Under the pieces are notes generated by a model, which was given only the letters and a program-made list of their open reading frames with translations, had not been told where the DNA came from and made no database searches. Of a DNA stretch of 64,000 bases, positions 31,578 through 43,168 are shown in pieces (the stretch's first letter is position 1; each line of letters starts with the position of its first letter). The DNA comes from an uncultured Gammaproteobacteria bacterium. Its GTDB lineage: Bacteria; Pseudomonadota; Gammaproteobacteria; UBA9214. Both the position numbers and the translations under genes were made by a program. The stretch is taken from NCBI GenBank assembly GCA_963753755.1, contig CAVWDM010000023.1, forward strand, positions 8,190 to 72,189. Direction: 5' to 3'.

Positions 31578-32843
31578 TTATTTGTTGTCGTTGACCTCGA
31601 GCTGGAAAAGCGTCTGCATCGCTTCCAGTACACCGGTTTCGCCCTCGGCAACCGCGCCTCGCAGATTCACGCACGGATTGTGTGTCAGCTTGTTTACCAG
31701 GTTGCGAGACAGTGTATCGATTACTTCCTGCGCCGGCTTGCCATTCCTGAGCTGGTTGCGAGCCTTCTCCAGTTCAGCATCGGCCAGCGACTGTGCATAT
31801 TCACGGTATGCGCAAACCGTGGGTACGGCGTCCAGCGAGCGGGTCCAGGCCATGAAACGATCCACCTGCACATCAATAATCTCTTCCGCCTGTTGCGCGG
31901 CTTCCTGGCGCGAGCGCAGGTTCTCCTCGATGACATTTTTCAGGTCATCGACGCTGTAGAGATAAATATCATCAAGCGTCGCGACATCAGCCGCGATGTC
32001 CGGCGGTATGGCGATGTCGACCATCAATACCGGGCGGTGCTTGCGCGAAACAAGGGCTTTTTTCACCTGCTTGCGGGTCAGGATGGGGGTGGTGCTGCCG
32101 GTCGAGGAAATCACGATATCGGCTTCGGCAAGGTGCGCCGGGATTTCATCCAGTTTAATTCCGTAACCGTTAAATTGTGCCGCCAGCTCATGGGCGCGTG
32201 AAACGGTGCGATTGGCGATGACCATTTTCCCCAGTCCCTGGTCATGTAAATGCCGGGCGGTCAGCTCGATGGTTTCGCCTGCGCCAATCAGCAGTGCCGT
32301 CTGGTTTTCGAACTGGCCGAATATCTGGCGTGCCAGACTGACGGCCGCGAATGCCACCGATACCGGACTGGCACCGATTGCCGTATCGGTGCGAATCTGC
32401 TTGGCAACCGAGAAGGTGTGTTGAAACAGTCGGTTGACCAGTGTGTCAAGGCTGCCGGTTTGCAGTGCACTCTGGTAGCTGTCCTTCATCTGCCCCAGAA
32501 TCTGGGGTTCACCCAGTACCACTGAATCGAGCCCGGCCGCGACACGCAGTATGTGGCGTACGGCCTCGGATTCCTTATATGTATACAAATGCGGTTGCAG
32601 ACTGGTCGGGTCCAGCCGGTGGAAGCGGCACAACCACTCAGGGATCTGCTCGACAATTTCGCTGTCCTGGTTGATGTACAGTTCAGTACGGTTACAGGTC
32701 GACAGAATGGCTGCCTCCTGGACGCCGTCCAGCGCCTTGAGTTCGCCGAGCGCACGCTGCAGTGACTCGGGTGGAAACGCCACCTGTCCGCGCACCTCGA
32801 CGGGCGCGGTACGGTGGTTAATTCCAAGGACTGTCAAATACAT
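31578..32843 (-). CDS. hemA: Glutamyl-tRNA reductase
   Basis: [19 protein letters not shown]. Confidence 0.97.
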   Translation of the reverse strand: MYLTVLGINHRTAPVEVRGQVAFPPESLQRALGELKALDGVQEAAILSTCNRTELYINQDSEIVEQIPEWLCRFHRLDPTSLQPHLYTYKESEAVRHILRVAAGLDSVVLGEPQILGQMKDSYQSALQTGSLDTLVNRLFQHTFSVAKQIRTDTAIGASPVSVAFAAVSLARQIFGQFENQTALLIGAGETIELTARHLHDQGLGKMVIANRTVSRAHELAAQFNGYGIKLDEIPAHLAEADIVISSTGSTTPILTRKQVKKALVSRKHRPVLMVDIAIPPDIAADVATLDDIYLYSVDDLKNVIEENLRSRQEAAQQAEEIIDVQVDRFMAWTRSLDAVPTVCAYREYAQSLADAELEKARNQLRNGKPAQEVIDTLSRNLVNKLTHNPCVNLRGAVAEGETGVLEAMQTLFQLEVNDNK

Positions 32844-33003
32844 ATCATTATTAAAGAAAATTACGAGGCGAACGCAAAATTCTGCATGGCGAGGTCAGTT
32901 AATACAAGCAGGAGTCGAATCCTGCCGCATACCCTGCGGATATACAACAAAATACTGATTTTGCTGTCCATTAAGATACCCGGGTAAACAGTGGGCTGTT
33001 AGA

Positions 33004-34785
33004 ATGACAAGCATGAAAGATTCAATTATCAGTCTAGAAGACTTGCTTCGACAGCTTGTGCTTACCGTGCTGGTGGCCGCGATACTGGTGTCCTGTGCCA
33101 TCTCGGGTGACAAAAGCCAGTTGCAGACAGTTACGGCAATAGAGGATGAACGGCCGCCCGCCGCGGGTGTAGAGGTTGCTCAGAATACAGCACTGCCGCA
33201 ACAGACGCTAACAGATGACATGATGTTCGATATTCTGCTGGCCGAGATTGCCGGTCAGCGTGGTGAAATGAATGTCTCCGTCCCTCACTACCTGCAGGCT
33301 GCACTGCTGGCCCAGGATCCGCGGGTTGCGGAGCGTGCCGTACAGATTGCCTCCTATGCCAAGGAATACCAGGCCGCCGAGCGTGCCGCGCGCCGCTGGG
33401 TCGAGCTTGATCCGGACAGTGTTGAGGCACGCAAGGCCCTGATTGCACTGGCGCTGCACAATGGTGACCGGCAAGAGGTCATTACCCAGCTGGATTACCT
33501 GCTGGCGATTTCAGATGACCCGGAGGCCGGTTACAGCCTGGCGACCACCATCCTTGCACATGAAGCTGACAAGGGTGCCGCACTGGATGCGATGGAGAAG
33601 CTGGTCGCCCATAACCCGGAAAATCCCTATGCCTGGATGGCATTGAGCCGCATTGCGGTGGCTGCGGAGCAAATGGACAAGGCGCTGCAGGCGGTCAACA
33701 AGGCACTGGCGGTGAGTCCGGACTCGGATTCGGCGATCCTGCTAAAGGCCCAGATACTGGTCAGGATGGATCAAAAGGAAAAGGCCAGCCGGCTCCTGGC
33801 CGAAGCGGTTGCCAGGCATCCCGAGAACGCCAACCTGCATTTTGCCTACGGTCGTATGTTGCTGGACGCAGAGGACCTGGAGGGTTCCCGTGAGCAATTT
33901 GCCACGGTCGTCAAACTGGAACCCAACAATCCGGATGGTCTCTATTCACTCGCGCTGCTGGAGCTGGAGACCGGGCAGTACAAGGCCGGTGAAAAACACT
34001 TGCTGCGGCTGATCGAAATCGATGAGGGTGTGCAAAATGCCTATTACTATCTGGGTTATGCCAAGCTCAAGCAGGATGATGATAAGGCTGCGCTGGTCTG
34101 GTACCGCAGGGTTGAATCGGGCGATTACTGGAGTCAGGCGCAGTTGCGGATCGCTGAGATTCTCGTCAGACAGGATGATGTCGATGCCATGCAGAGACAT
34201 ATGCGGATACTGCGGCAAAAGGACCCTGCTCAAAGTGTCACCTATTACCTACTAGAAGGACAGGTTTTATCGGATGCAAAACTTTACAGGGAAGCCTTTG
34301 AACTCTATGCCAGGGCGCTGCAGGCCAGTCCGGACAACGTCGACTTGCTGTATGCGCATTCACTGGCCGCCGAGCAGTTGGGAAAACTCGAAATTGCTGA
34401 AAGAGATATGCGCCGGATTCTCGAAATGGATCCCGACAATGTGCGTACACTGAACGCGCTCGGTTATACGCTGGCAGACCAGACCGATCGTTATGAAGAG
34501 GCGCTGGTGTACATCAACAGGGCCTACGCACAGGAACCGGATGATCCGGCCATTATTGACAGTCTTGGCTGGGTGCACTATCGCCTCGGCAACCTCGATG
34601 AGGCGCAAGACCTCCTGCAGCGGGCCTGGAATATGACCCAGGACAGCGAGATCGGTGCTCACCTCGGCGAGGTCATGTGGGTGCAGGGTGATCACGAGGG
34701 TGCACGTAAAATCTGGGAAGCCTCGCGTCAGGCCTCGCCCGATAATCCGGTTTTACTGGAAGTGATCAATCGTTACAACCCGTGA
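33004..34785 (+). CDS. Tetratricopeptide repeat lipoprotein
   Basis: LVSC lipobox-like motif, TPRs, LNALGYTLAD, DSLGWV; conserved position between hemA and lolB. Confidence 0.88.
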   Translation: MTSMKDSIISLEDLLRQLVLTVLVAAILVSCAISGDKSQLQTVTAIEDERPPAAGVEVAQNTALPQQTLTDDMMFDILLAEIAGQRGEMNVSVPHYLQAALLAQDPRVAERAVQIASYAKEYQAAERAARRWVELDPDSVEARKALIALALHNGDRQEVITQLDYLLAISDDPEAGYSLATTILAHEADKGAALDAMEKLVAHNPENPYAWMALSRIAVAAEQMDKALQAVNKALAVSPDSDSAILLKAQILVRMDQKEKASRLLAEAVARHPENANLHFAYGRMLLDAEDLEGSREQFATVVKLEPNNPDGLYSLALLELETGQYKAGEKHLLRLIEIDEGVQNAYYYLGYAKLKQDDDKAALVWYRRVESGDYWSQAQLRIAEILVRQDDVDAMQRHMRILRQKDPAQSVTYYLLEGQVLSDAKLYREAFELYARALQASPDNVDLLYAHSLAAEQLGKLEIAERDMRRILEMDPDNVRTLNALGYTLADQTDRYEEALVYINRAYAQEPDDPAIIDSLGWVHYRLGNLDEAQDLLQRAWNMTQDSEIGAHLGEVMWVQGDHEGARKIWEASRQASPDNPVLLEVINRYNP

Positions 34786-35363
34786 AGCATGTTAGCGGGT
34801 TGTTGCTGATCCTGTTGCTGAGCGGTTGTGCAGCAACACCTCTCCTCAAAAGCAGTCGTTCCGCAGCGGAATTCAGTGACTGGCAGTTGCAGGGTCGTAT
34901 TGCCCTGCGCCACGGCGATCAAGGCTGGCATGCAAGTTTACTTTGGCAGCAACAGGCAGACGCGTACCAGTTGAAGGTATCCGGTCCGCTGGGGCAGGGT
35001 GGTTTCCAGCTTGCCGGTGATGAAACGGGTGTCGTGCTGGTAGATGCCGGGGGGAATTCATCGTTTGCCCATGATGGTGATGCCCTGCTGTTGCAGGCTA
35101 CCGGCTGGCAGTTGCCGGTGATGGGATTGCGCTACTGGGTGCGGGGGTTGCCCGAGCCGGATGCCAAGGCTACCCGGATAGTTGATGAATCGGGCCTGTT
35201 GAGCCGTCTGGAGCAATCGGGGTGGGTTATTCATTACCAGAATTATCAGTTAGTTGAAGGCGCTGCTGTGCCCTCGAAACTGCAGCTGGCACGGGATGAT
35301 ATCAGTGTGCGGCTGGTCATTAATCAGTGGCAACTGGGCCCGGCTGCAGATACGTTGCCATGA
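34782..35363 (+). CDS. lolB: Outer-membrane lipoprotein insertase LolB
   Basis: LSGC lipobox, W...GRI, GPLG, LRYWVRG. Confidence 0.92.
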   Translation: MKHVSGLLLILLLSGCAATPLLKSSRSAAEFSDWQLQGRIALRHGDQGWHASLLWQQQADAYQLKVSGPLGQGGFQLAGDETGVVLVDAGGNSSFAHDGDALLLQATGWQLPVMGLRYWVRGLPEPDAKATRIVDESGLLSRLEQSGWVIHYQNYQLVEGAAVPSKLQLARDDISVRLVINQWQLGPAADTLP

Positions 35364-36220
35364 CCCTGGACTTGATCCCGACCACAGCCAGCGGTCCGTG
35401 GCCGGCTCCGGCCAAGCTTAACCTGTTGTTGCACGTGCTCGGGCAGCGTGCTGATGGGTACCATGAACTGCAGACGGTGTTTCAATTCCTGACTGCCAGC
35501 GACTGGATGTATTTCGATGTCCAGCAGCAGAGCGACATACAGCTTGTCGGAGGACCGGCTGGCCTAGCGGCAAACGCAGACCTTTGCGTGCGAGCGGCTA
35601 CACTGCTGCAGCAAGCCACCGGCTGCCGGGCAGGGGTCACAATTTATAACGACAAACGCCTGCCCGTGGGGGGCGGTCTGGGCGGGGGTAGCTCCGATGC
35701 GGCGACCACGCTGCTGGTTCTGAATCGGCTCTGGGGGCTGGGATTGCCGCCTGACGAGCTGGCACGGCTGGGACTCTCTCTGGGTGCCGATGTGCCGGTG
35801 TTTGTCCATGGCCGGGCGGCCTGGGCTGAGGGGGTTGGTGAAAGACTTACCCCCGTGACCCCACAGGAAGCATGGTATTTTGTGCTGATTCCGCCGGTAA
35901 GCGTATCAACTGCCGCAATTTTTTCCGATCCGGGTTTGACACGGGACACGCCGCGAACGAAAATACCCGACCTTCTTCCGGGCGCGGGTCATAATGACTG
36001 CGAGGACGTGGTTCGTCGCAGGTATCCGGAAGTGGCCGCGGCGCTCGACTGGCTGAATGATTTTTCTGCGGCGCGGCTGACCGGCACCGGTGCCTGTGTC
36101 TTTGCCGCGTTCGATACACAGGCTGATGCACAGGCAGTCGCTGCGCAGCTGCCGGCCAGCTGGTCTGGCCTTGTGGCACGGGGTACCAATCGCTCTCCCT
36201 TGCTGACCGCAATGGAGTGA
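35360..36220 (+). CDS. ispE: 4-diphosphocytidyl-2-C-methyl-D-erythritol kinase
   Basis: PAPAKLNL, GGGLGGGSS, LGADVP, LTGTG. Confidence 0.96.
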   Translation: MTLDLIPTTASGPWPAPAKLNLLLHVLGQRADGYHELQTVFQFLTASDWMYFDVQQQSDIQLVGGPAGLAANADLCVRAATLLQQATGCRAGVTIYNDKRLPVGGGLGGGSSDAATTLLVLNRLWGLGLPPDELARLGLSLGADVPVFVHGRAAWAEGVGERLTPVTPQEAWYFVLIPPVSVSTAAIFSDPGLTRDTPRTKIPDLLPGAGHNDCEDVVRRRYPEVAAALDWLNDFSAARLTGTGACVFAAFDTQADAQAVAAQLPASWSGLVARGTNRSPLLTAME

Positions 36221-36262
36221 GCGGCTATCCGTCCTGCGCAGGTGTGTCACTAACAGATTAAT

Positions 36263-36337
36263 TGGGACGTCGCCAAGTGGTAAGGCCCGGGGTTTTGATC
36301 CCCGTATGCGCAGGTTCGAATCCTGCCGTCCCAGCCA
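36263..36337 (+). tRNA. tRNA-Gln (TTG)
   Basis: Cloverleaf, anticodon loop TTTTGAT, GTTCGAATC, 3' CCA. Confidence 0.96.
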
Positions 36338-36394
36338 AGCATGAACATCGCACAGCGGTGAGTACTGACGCAAGGCGCGGCAGGTAAATATGCA

Positions 36395-36493
36395 TTCCCT
36401 CTCCCTCCGGGAGAGGGGCAGGGAAAGGGGATACGCCCCAGGCAGTTAACTGTCCTGATCCTCGTTCCCCAACCCTCTCGGTACGAGAGGGAG
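36395..36493. repeat. REP/BoxC-like GC-rich palindromic element
   Basis: CCCTCTCCCTCCGGGAGAGGGG...CCCCAACCCTCTCGGTACGAGAGGGAG inverted pair. Confidence 0.6.
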
Positions 36494-36518
36494 TACAACA
36501 ATTGACAGCAGACACATT

Positions 36519-37493
36519 ATGAACGCTTTGCACAGCTCTGATTCTGACAGCCAGATAATGGTGTTCAGCGGGAATGCCAATCCGAAGCTGGCGGAGGCGG
36601 TTGTTGAACATTTGCAATTGAGTCTGGGCGCTGCCAGCGTCGGCAGTTTCAGCGACGGTGAAGTGCAGGTGGAGATTGAAGAGAACGTTCGTGGCAAGGA
36701 TGTTTTCGTGATACAGCCGACGTGTGCGCCGACCAACGATAACCTGATGGAATTGCTGGTGATGATTGATGCCCTGCGGCGTTCATCCTCCCGCCGGATC
36801 ACTGCGGTGATGCCGTATTTCGGTTATGCGCGCCAGGATCGCCGGCCACGTTCAATACGTGTTCCGATCACGGCCAAGGTGGTTGCACAGATGATCGGCA
36901 ATGTTAAGGCTGACCGTGTGTTGACCGTCGATTTGCATGCTGATCAGATACAGGGTTTTTTTGATATACCGGTTGATAATGTGTACGCATCGCCGATCCT
37001 TCTGGGCGATGTCTGGAAACAGAAATATCCGGATATGGTGGTGGTGTCACCGGACGTCGGCGGTGTCGTCAGGGCGAGGGCACTGGCAAAACGCCTTGAT
37101 GATGCCGATCTGGCGATTATTGATAAACGCCGGCCGCGCCCGAATGAAGCGCGGGTGATGAATATTATCGGTGAGGTTGAAGGGCGTACCTGCGTGCTGG
37201 TCGATGACCTGGTCGACACTGCGGGCACCTTGTGTCTGGCTGCGCAGGCACTGAAGGAACACGGTGCGGTTCGCGTGGTCGCCTACTGCACGCATCCGGT
37301 ATTGTCCGGTTCGGCAGTCGACAATATCGAGGCGTCAGTGCTGGACGAACTGGTGGTAACCGATACCATCCCGCTACAGGAAAATGCACAGGCCTGTAGC
37401 AAGATAAGGCAGTTGAGTATTGCAACCATGCTTGCAGAAACCATGCGCCGTATCAGTATGGAAGAGTCGGTGAGCTCACTGTATATGGATTAG
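36519..37493 (+). CDS. prs: Ribose-phosphate pyrophosphokinase
   Basis: [36 protein letters not shown]. Confidence 0.97.
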   Translation: MNALHSSDSDSQIMVFSGNANPKLAEAVVEHLQLSLGAASVGSFSDGEVQVEIEENVRGKDVFVIQPTCAPTNDNLMELLVMIDALRRSSSRRITAVMPYFGYARQDRRPRSIRVPITAKVVAQMIGNVKADRVLTVDLHADQIQGFFDIPVDNVYASPILLGDVWKQKYPDMVVVSPDVGGVVRARALAKRLDDADLAIIDKRRPRPNEARVMNIIGEVEGRTCVLVDDLVDTAGTLCLAAQALKEHGAVRVVAYCTHPVLSGSAVDNIEASVLDELVVTDTIPLQENAQACSKIRQLSIATMLAETMRRISMEESVSSLYMD

Positions 37494-37537
37494 GATCTGA
37501 TTCGTGGTGCTGTTGTTCGCGCAACCGTGCTGCATCC

Positions 37538-37563
37538 AGTCTTCCCTGGTCGCGGGGAAGACT
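37538..37563 (+). promoter_or_regulatory. Putative rplY (bL25) leader hairpin
   Basis: AGTCTTCCC-TGGTCGCG-GGGAAGACT about 40 nt upstream of rplY; resembles, from memory, the proteobacterial L25 leader. Confidence 0.6.
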
Positions 37564-37604
37564 TTATTCGCACCACTAGGTGCATATTCATCTGGAGAAG
37601 TAAC

Positions 37605-38276
37605 ATGGCTATGAGTTTTGAATTGAATGCGGAGCCACGCAGTGACACAGGTAAGGGTGCGAGCCGCCGCCTGCGTCGTGCGGGTAAGGTTCCGGCCATC
37701 ATCTATGGTGGAAACAAGGATCCCGAGGCACTGACACTGTCGCATAACGAGGTGCTGCGTAACCTTGAGCATGAGGCATTTTACTCGCACATCCTGACAG
37801 TCAAGAGCGGCGGTAGCGAAACGCAGGCTATCCTGCGCGATTTGCAGCGTCATCCCAGCAAGGTGATCATCATGCACATGGACCTGCAGCGCGTCAGTGC
37901 AACTGAAACGCTGAGGACAAATGTACCAATACACATTATTGGTGAAGATGTCGCCCCGGGGGTGAAAGAGGGTGGCCTGGTCTCGCACGACCTGACGGAT
38001 GTCGAGGTCGAGTGTTATCCCCAGGATCTGCCTGAATATATTGAGGTGGACATCTCTGCACTTGAAGTGGGTGATTCCATTCACCTCTCAGCCCTGAAGG
38101 TGCCTGAAGGCGTTACACTGACAGAGCTGGAACGTGGCGAGGATCACGACGCCTCTGTTGTCTCCATCCACGCCAAGCGTATTGTTGAAGAGATCGAGGA
38201 AGAAGCGCCTGCTGCAGAAACGGGTGAAACCGGTGAAGAAGCGAAGGGCGAGGGTGAAGGCGAAGACGAAGACTGA
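37605..38276 (+). CDS. rplY: 50S ribosomal protein bL25/Ctc
   Basis: [31 protein letters not shown]; acidic tail. Confidence 0.96.
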   Translation: MAMSFELNAEPRSDTGKGASRRLRRAGKVPAIIYGGNKDPEALTLSHNEVLRNLEHEAFYSHILTVKSGGSETQAILRDLQRHPSKVIIMHMDLQRVSATETLRTNVPIHIIGEDVAPGVKEGGLVSHDLTDVEVECYPQDLPEYIEVDISALEVGDSIHLSALKVPEGVTLTELERGEDHDASVVSIHAKRIVEEIEEEAPAAETGETGEEAKGEGEGEDED

Positions 38277-38279
38277 CCG

Positions 38280-38858
38280 TTGGCTGCTATACAGCTCGTT
38301 GCCGGGCTGGGTAATCCTGGAGCAAAGTACGAACAGACCCGGCATAACGCCGGGTTCTGGTTTGTGGATGAAGTTGCCCGCCAGGTAAATGCCGGTTTCA
38401 AGTCCGAAACCAAATTCAAGAGCGAGGTTGCGCGCTGCTTGATTGCGGGGCATGACTGTCGTCTGCAGAAACCCATGGATTTTATGAACCGCAGCGGACT
38501 GCCGGTGGCGTCACTGGCAGCCTTTTACCAGATTCCGCGCAGCAGCATTCTCATCGTGCATGACGATCTGGATCTGCCACCGGGCACGGTGAAGCTGAAA
38601 AGAGGGGGTGGTCACGGCGGACATAACGGTCTGCGTGACCTGATCCCCCATCTTGGGGGCAATGATTTCCTGCGCTTGCGTATCGGCATAGGACATCCTG
38701 GCCATCGTGATGATGTCGTGGGTTATGTGCTGAAGAATGCTTCCCGCGACGAGCGTGCCGTCATTGACCAGGCAATAGACGACGCAGTGAAGGTATTGCC
38801 GGATATTATTTCAGGCTATTTCGACAAGGCCATGAAAGAGTTGCATACGGCGAAATAA
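38280..38858 (+). CDS. pth: Peptidyl-tRNA hydrolase
   Basis: GLGNPG, TRHNAGF, HDDLD, GGHNGL. Confidence 0.97.
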   Translation: MAAIQLVAGLGNPGAKYEQTRHNAGFWFVDEVARQVNAGFKSETKFKSEVARCLIAGHDCRLQKPMDFMNRSGLPVASLAAFYQIPRSSILIVHDDLDLPPGTVKLKRGGGHGGHNGLRDLIPHLGGNDFLRLRIGIGHPGHRDDVVGYVLKNASRDERAVIDQAIDDAVKVLPDIISGYFDKAMKELHTAK

Positions 38859-38933
38859 CCGCCATGTGTGATACTCGTTGATGGGCGCGCTGTACCTGGT
38901 CCATCCTGGAATGCATTAGAGAACTGGATAACT

Positions 38934-40025
38934 ATGAGCGTCAAATGCGGCATTGTAGGTCTTCCCAATGTGGGCAAGTCCACCCTGTTCAACGCCCTGA
39001 CCGAGGCGGGTATTCAGGCTGAAAATTATCCCTTCTGTACCATTGATCCCAATGTCGGCATTGTGCCGGTACCGGACCCGCGTCTTGACCGGCTGGCTGA
39101 GATCGTCAAGCCGCAGAAGATCATCAGCACTACCATGGAGTTTGTCGACATCGCCGGACTGGTTGCCGGCGCCTCCAGGGGTGAAGGGCTGGGCAACAAG
39201 TTCCTGGCCAATATTCGCGAGACCGATGCCATCTGCATGGTGGTGCGCTGCTTTGATGATGACAACGTTGTACACGTGTCCGGCAGTGTAGACCCGATGC
39301 GTGATATTGATGTCATCAATACGGAACTCGCACTGGCAGACCTTGAGACTGTCGAGAAAGGCATCAACCGCGCTGGCAAGATTGCCAAGAGTGGTGACAA
39401 GGAGGCCAGGGCAAAGCTGGCCATTCTTGAAGCCGCCCGTGACCATCTGGATGCCGGCGGGCTGATCACTGGCATGGCGCTTGATGATGACCAGCAGGCA
39501 CTGCTTTATGACTTGCATTTGTTGACAGCCAAACCGGTGATGTACGTTGCCAACGTCAGCGAGAATGGCTTCGAGAATAATCCATACCTGGATGCGGTGT
39601 GCCGCCGGTCCGAGGAAGAGGGCGCCGAGACGGTAGCCGTTTGTGCCGCCATCGAGGCGGAACTGGTGGAACTCGACCGCCAGGAGCGCAAGGAGTATCT
39701 CGACGAGCTGGGATTTGACGAGCCCGGGTTGAACCGCGTAATTCGCGCCGGGTACAAGCTTCTCAAACTGCAGACCTATTTCACCGCCGGGGTAAAAGAG
39801 GTCCGCGCCTGGACCACGCACGTCGGCGCTACTGCGCCCAAGGCGGCGGGTGAAATTCATACCGATTTCGAGAAGGGTTTTATCCGCGCCGAGGTCGTTG
39901 CCTACGACGATTTTGTCCGCTACGAGGGCGAACACGGTGCAAAGGATGCCGGAAAACTGCGTTTGGAGGGCAAGGACTACGTCGTACAGGATGGTGATGT
40001 TATGCATTTCCGCTTTAACGTTTAA
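38934..40025 (+). CDS. ychF: Ribosome-binding ATPase YchF
   Basis: [35 protein letters not shown]. Confidence 0.97.
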   Translation: MSVKCGIVGLPNVGKSTLFNALTEAGIQAENYPFCTIDPNVGIVPVPDPRLDRLAEIVKPQKIISTTMEFVDIAGLVAGASRGEGLGNKFLANIRETDAICMVVRCFDDDNVVHVSGSVDPMRDIDVINTELALADLETVEKGINRAGKIAKSGDKEARAKLAILEAARDHLDAGGLITGMALDDDQQALLYDLHLLTAKPVMYVANVSENGFENNPYLDAVCRRSEEEGAETVAVCAAIEAELVELDRQERKEYLDELGFDEPGLNRVIRAGYKLLKLQTYFTAGVKEVRAWTTHVGATAPKAAGEIHTDFEKGFIRAEVVAYDDFVRYEGEHGAKDAGKLRLEGKDYVVQDGDVMHFRFNV

Positions 40026-40100
40026 CGTCCAGGCGCACCCGCAAGAGAGGCAGCGAGACTTGTCCAGGGCTACTGTTTTCAGGTACCCTATCGCACCCTT

Positions 40101-40177
40101 GGCTACGTAGCTCAGCCGGTTAGAGCACAGCATTCATAATGCTGGGGTCGGTGGTTCAAGTCCACCCGTAGCTACCA
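40101..40177 (+). tRNA. tRNA-Met (CAT, elongator type)
   Basis: GGCTACG/CGTAGCT acceptor stem, anticodon loop TTCATAA, 3' CCA. Confidence 0.95.
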
Positions 40178-40675
40178 ATTAATCAATAAGTTAGGTTAGC
40201 CGGCGTAATTCTTAATCCTGACTAAAGTGTGCATTAAGTGCATAGGGCAATATAAAAACGGGCTATTGCAGCCCGCTTCCTATATTGCCACGCTCGATTT
40301 TCTATTGAAGGTAACTGCGGTAGCACTCATTTAAGAATTTTTGCAACTGATTGCCATCGATACAACTTGAATCCTCATTACCTGAAAACGATCGCTAATC
40401 CGCATTAAATCGACTTTCCGAGTGTATTAGGAAAACGCGAGCATTTTTAGTAGCAGAATTTATCTTGACCGTGTTCGTCTTCTTCGCCTGTAATGTAAGG
40501 GGGTACAGGTATTCCAAACAAGCTCATAAGCGGCCTCATATGATCTTCAATGAAAGCATCCCATAGGCTGGCCGGGTCCCACCATGTAGCCGCCCCGGCA
40601 TCATGAATGATGCGTCTGTATCGTGTTCGCATGCGTGAATCTCTGCAGTTGATCAAGGTGGGTTATTCGCTCAAA

Positions 40676-40756
40676 TGAAAACAGCGGCCATCGTTTGAAC
40701 AAAAGCCGCCGTTCAGTTATCTAGGCTGCACAGCAGGATGGCCCCGACGGCTCATC
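40676..40756 (-). pseudogene. 3' tail and terminator of a PPGPSCC-family gene
   Basis: Minus strand gagccgtcggggccatcctgctgtgcagcctagataac (EPSGPSCCAA*) matches the end of 5820..7388 (cagccaccggggccatcctgctgtgcactatagataac), followed by a similar hairpin. Confidence 0.65.
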
Positions 40757-40826
40757 AGGTAACACTGTATGTATCCGCTCCCGAGGTAGACACCTGTCCA
40801 TGAACTGTCATAGCGGGAGAGGGCTC
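40741..40826. repeat. Dispersed module X, copy 2
   Basis: CGAGGTAGACACCTGTC at 40782-40798. Confidence 0.7.
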
Positions 40827-40837
40827 GACCTTTTCTA

Positions 40838-41512
40838 ATGGCAGATTTGCTGTCTGTACCTAAGGACAATACCGATTGGCGGTTATGCCATATATTGTTA
40901 ATCAGTGGCGTAACTATTCTCCCTAACAGTTCAGTGAGTCACCAATCAAGTTCAACCTGGGATGAAGGGATTGTTGGTGATTTCAACGCAGGGCAACTTT
41001 TTACGCTGACCGAGGGTGGTAACTGGTTTATTGGGTCACAGGCATGGGCAGTTGACCCAGTTGATGGGTTTCGCTTCACCGTTCCAAATGGTTACAGGGC
41101 GACAATTGATATTACTTATAGATACCTGAACCTGGGCGATGCAGAGGGAACAGCATGGATTTGGGATTTGTTCTCATTGGCCGTTGAAGAATCATGTATA
41201 CCTGATGCATCTAGGCCTTACAGCTGTTTTGCGCCTGCAGGCAGCGCGCTCATAACGAGAAAAATATTACAAACTCCGGGAGATTTCATAACTCCAGGTG
41301 ACTGGGATTATGTTCCTATTGATGGTTATATGCTGAATGCAGCAACCTACCAACTGGCTGATAACCTTGCATTCACAAACAGTCAGGATTCGGTACTTTC
41401 GTATTCATTTAGTTTACACGTCGTTCCAGTACCTGTTCCCGCCTCAATCTGGCTCTTCGCCTCTGGTATGCTGGGGCTAATCGGTATGGCACGACGCAAG
41501 AAAGCGGCTTAA
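40838..41512 (+). CDS. VPLPA/PEP-CTERM protein lacking a signal peptide (probably 5'-truncated)
   Basis: C-terminus VPVPVPASIWLFASGMLGLIGMARRKKAA; the first ~35 codons read through repeat module Z. Confidence 0.75.
   Translation: MADLLSVPKDNTDWRLCHILLISGVTILPNSSVSHQSSSTWDEGIVGDFNAGQLFTLTEGGNWFIGSQAWAVDPVDGFRFTVPNGYRATIDITYRYLNLGDAEGTAWIWDLFSLAVEESCIPDASRPYSCFAPAGSALITRKILQTPGDFITPGDWDYVPIDGYMLNAATYQLADNLAFTNSQDSVLSYSFSLHVVPVPVPASIWLFASGMLGLIGMARRKKAA
40855..40945. repeat. Dispersed module Z, copy 3
   Basis: TGTACCTAAGGACAATA 40855-40871, TTATGCCATAT, GTGGCGTAAC, GTCACCA. Confidence 0.8.
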
Positions 41513-41799
41513 TATTTTCATTCAATGACGGCCCTTAGGGGTGGTATTCGTATGGGGATAAAAAGTCGTGTTTTGGTTATCATCGTTGCCCGCCTTGGCA
41601 TGAACTGGAATTCCGGGCACGACGAATGACAGGTTACTGGTCGGTCTCGGAAGTACAGGGCGTTCCCCCTGTAAACCCCAGATTGCTGCTCGATTTTTTC
41701 TTTTTTATTTTCAGAAATTTCTTCTCAAGCGCAGGCGGGGATACCTTGGCACAATCGATAGGGGGGCTCTCCTTTTTACTTTTACCGCGGGAAAGGGGG

Positions 41800-42041
41800 G
41801 CACTTTCCAGAGTATAGACAAAGGCATTTTTCTGAAATGCCCGCTACCACAATTTGAGAGGTGGAAAGCTGTACTCATTCAGCACCCTCTCGACTGTTCG
41901 CCAGCCTATGTTGTACTCGTCTTTACAGTGGGCTGTGATTTCCGTCTGCTGGTACTCACCGGCCTCGATGGACTCGGTGATGGCCTCTGTGATGGTTTCA
42001 TCCTGCTGCCGCTGGGCAGCGGCCTTCTTGAGTGTCAGCAC
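41800..42041 (-). pseudogene. Fragment resembling the C-terminus of a phage/satellite replication protein
   Basis: 65-aa piece with HTH-like TEITAHCKDEYNIGWRTVERVL; the frame stays open after the TAG (RAFQKNAFVYTL); family assignment tentative. Confidence 0.3.
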
Positions 42042-43168
42042 GTCGACATAATCAGCTCGGGTAGTGATTGACCTTGGGTAAGCCGGATTCTGTTGTCAGG
42101 CATCGACGCATCTTCGACCAACTTCACTCTATATATTTTATCCACGCAAGGCCAAGTTGGTTATGCAGTTTTACCGCAAGCTATAAGCAAGGTTACGGGG
42201 GCTTCAGAGCCCCGAGCGGAGGTCTTCGTGAATTCGTAGGCCGGCATTGTTTTTATTCGTGCCAAAATGAGCCTGCCATTTCCATGACAGCCTGGTACTC
42301 CTGAACAACGTCCCCCTCTTGCTATGCCAAGAAATGGCTTATTAGATAAATGGATGCGACTGAGACAAATGTGGCAAGTAACGGCTTGAACCAGGTTTCG
42401 TTATGTCGGATGAACTTACGCATTTTCTCCTCCTCTTGATCCGAAATTCTTGGTACTCGATGGTAAGGCGATAAATCGTAAAACTAGCCAATATTGAATG
42501 AATGGTCTTTGATACAAGTCAAGTATGCGTAGATATACGGATGTGATCACTTGTAGTTAAAAAATACCTATAAATTATATATATCATGAATTTATAATAT
42601 CTTTCTGTGACTGTGCTTGAGACGATGACCTCTCTGCGATCCGATGAGAAGCAGTCGGGATTAGTTGGGAGGGGCGGTATTGCATGACCGAGTACGCCCT
42701 TTAATCGTGTCTAAAGATCGAAGCTCCCAAGAGCCCTGCTTGGATCCTTATACGGTAGTCAGTAAATGTCCCGGTGAGACGAAGACGGAATATTTGACCA
42801 GACTTGCACTCATGCGAGTTCTTTAAATAACAATGGGATAGCACAATAGGTTCACCCTCAAGCCGCGAAGGAGACTTGACAGACACCGCAAGCATCAAAA
42901 ATTACAACATGTAACCCGTCTTGAAATATGTAACTATTTATTCTGCAGTGGCCCACAAGTGGCCATTTTACGACGTACTGTGCTTACGAAGTTAATCGAA
43001 ATGCGGCCAGGGACTGAAAATGCGAGCAGTGTGTGATGGCTTGGTGCGGATACTCGAACTGCATTTACCATCAGCGGATCCTGGTGCTTGCCCCTCCATG
43101 ATTCATCTGGATAACATATACTTATAGAGGTTATCTATAATATCAATGTTGTTATATTGGAGAGCGTT

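Larger units (their letters stand above)
40178..43100. mobile_element. Decayed tRNA-Met-associated island
   Basis: IHF-consensus AATCAATAAGTTA right after the tRNA; AT-richer, gene-poor DNA with fragments; no integrase or second att copy seen; right boundary uncertain. Confidence 0.45.

Noticed and set aside
36395-36493. Palindromic element after tRNA-Gln as a novel ncRNA
   Set aside because: It resembles a common CCCTCTCCC...GGGAGAGGG REP/BoxC-like repeat type and is single in this window.
38916-40133. 405-aa antisense ORF over ychF, and similar long antisense ORFs over gatB, mltB, mrdA and the SoxW-like gene
   Set aside because: Shadow frames expected from GC-rich codon bias opposite conserved genes.
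40447-40656. 69-aa ORF, and likewise 41626..41817, 42068..42304 and 42701..42898
   Set aside because: No recognisable motifs or convincing RBS; cannot be supported as genes from sequence alone.
43041-43060. TGGTGCGGATACTCGAAC resembling an inverted tRNA 3'-end (att) remnant
   Set aside because: Short, gapped and not matching the tRNA-Met 3' end.
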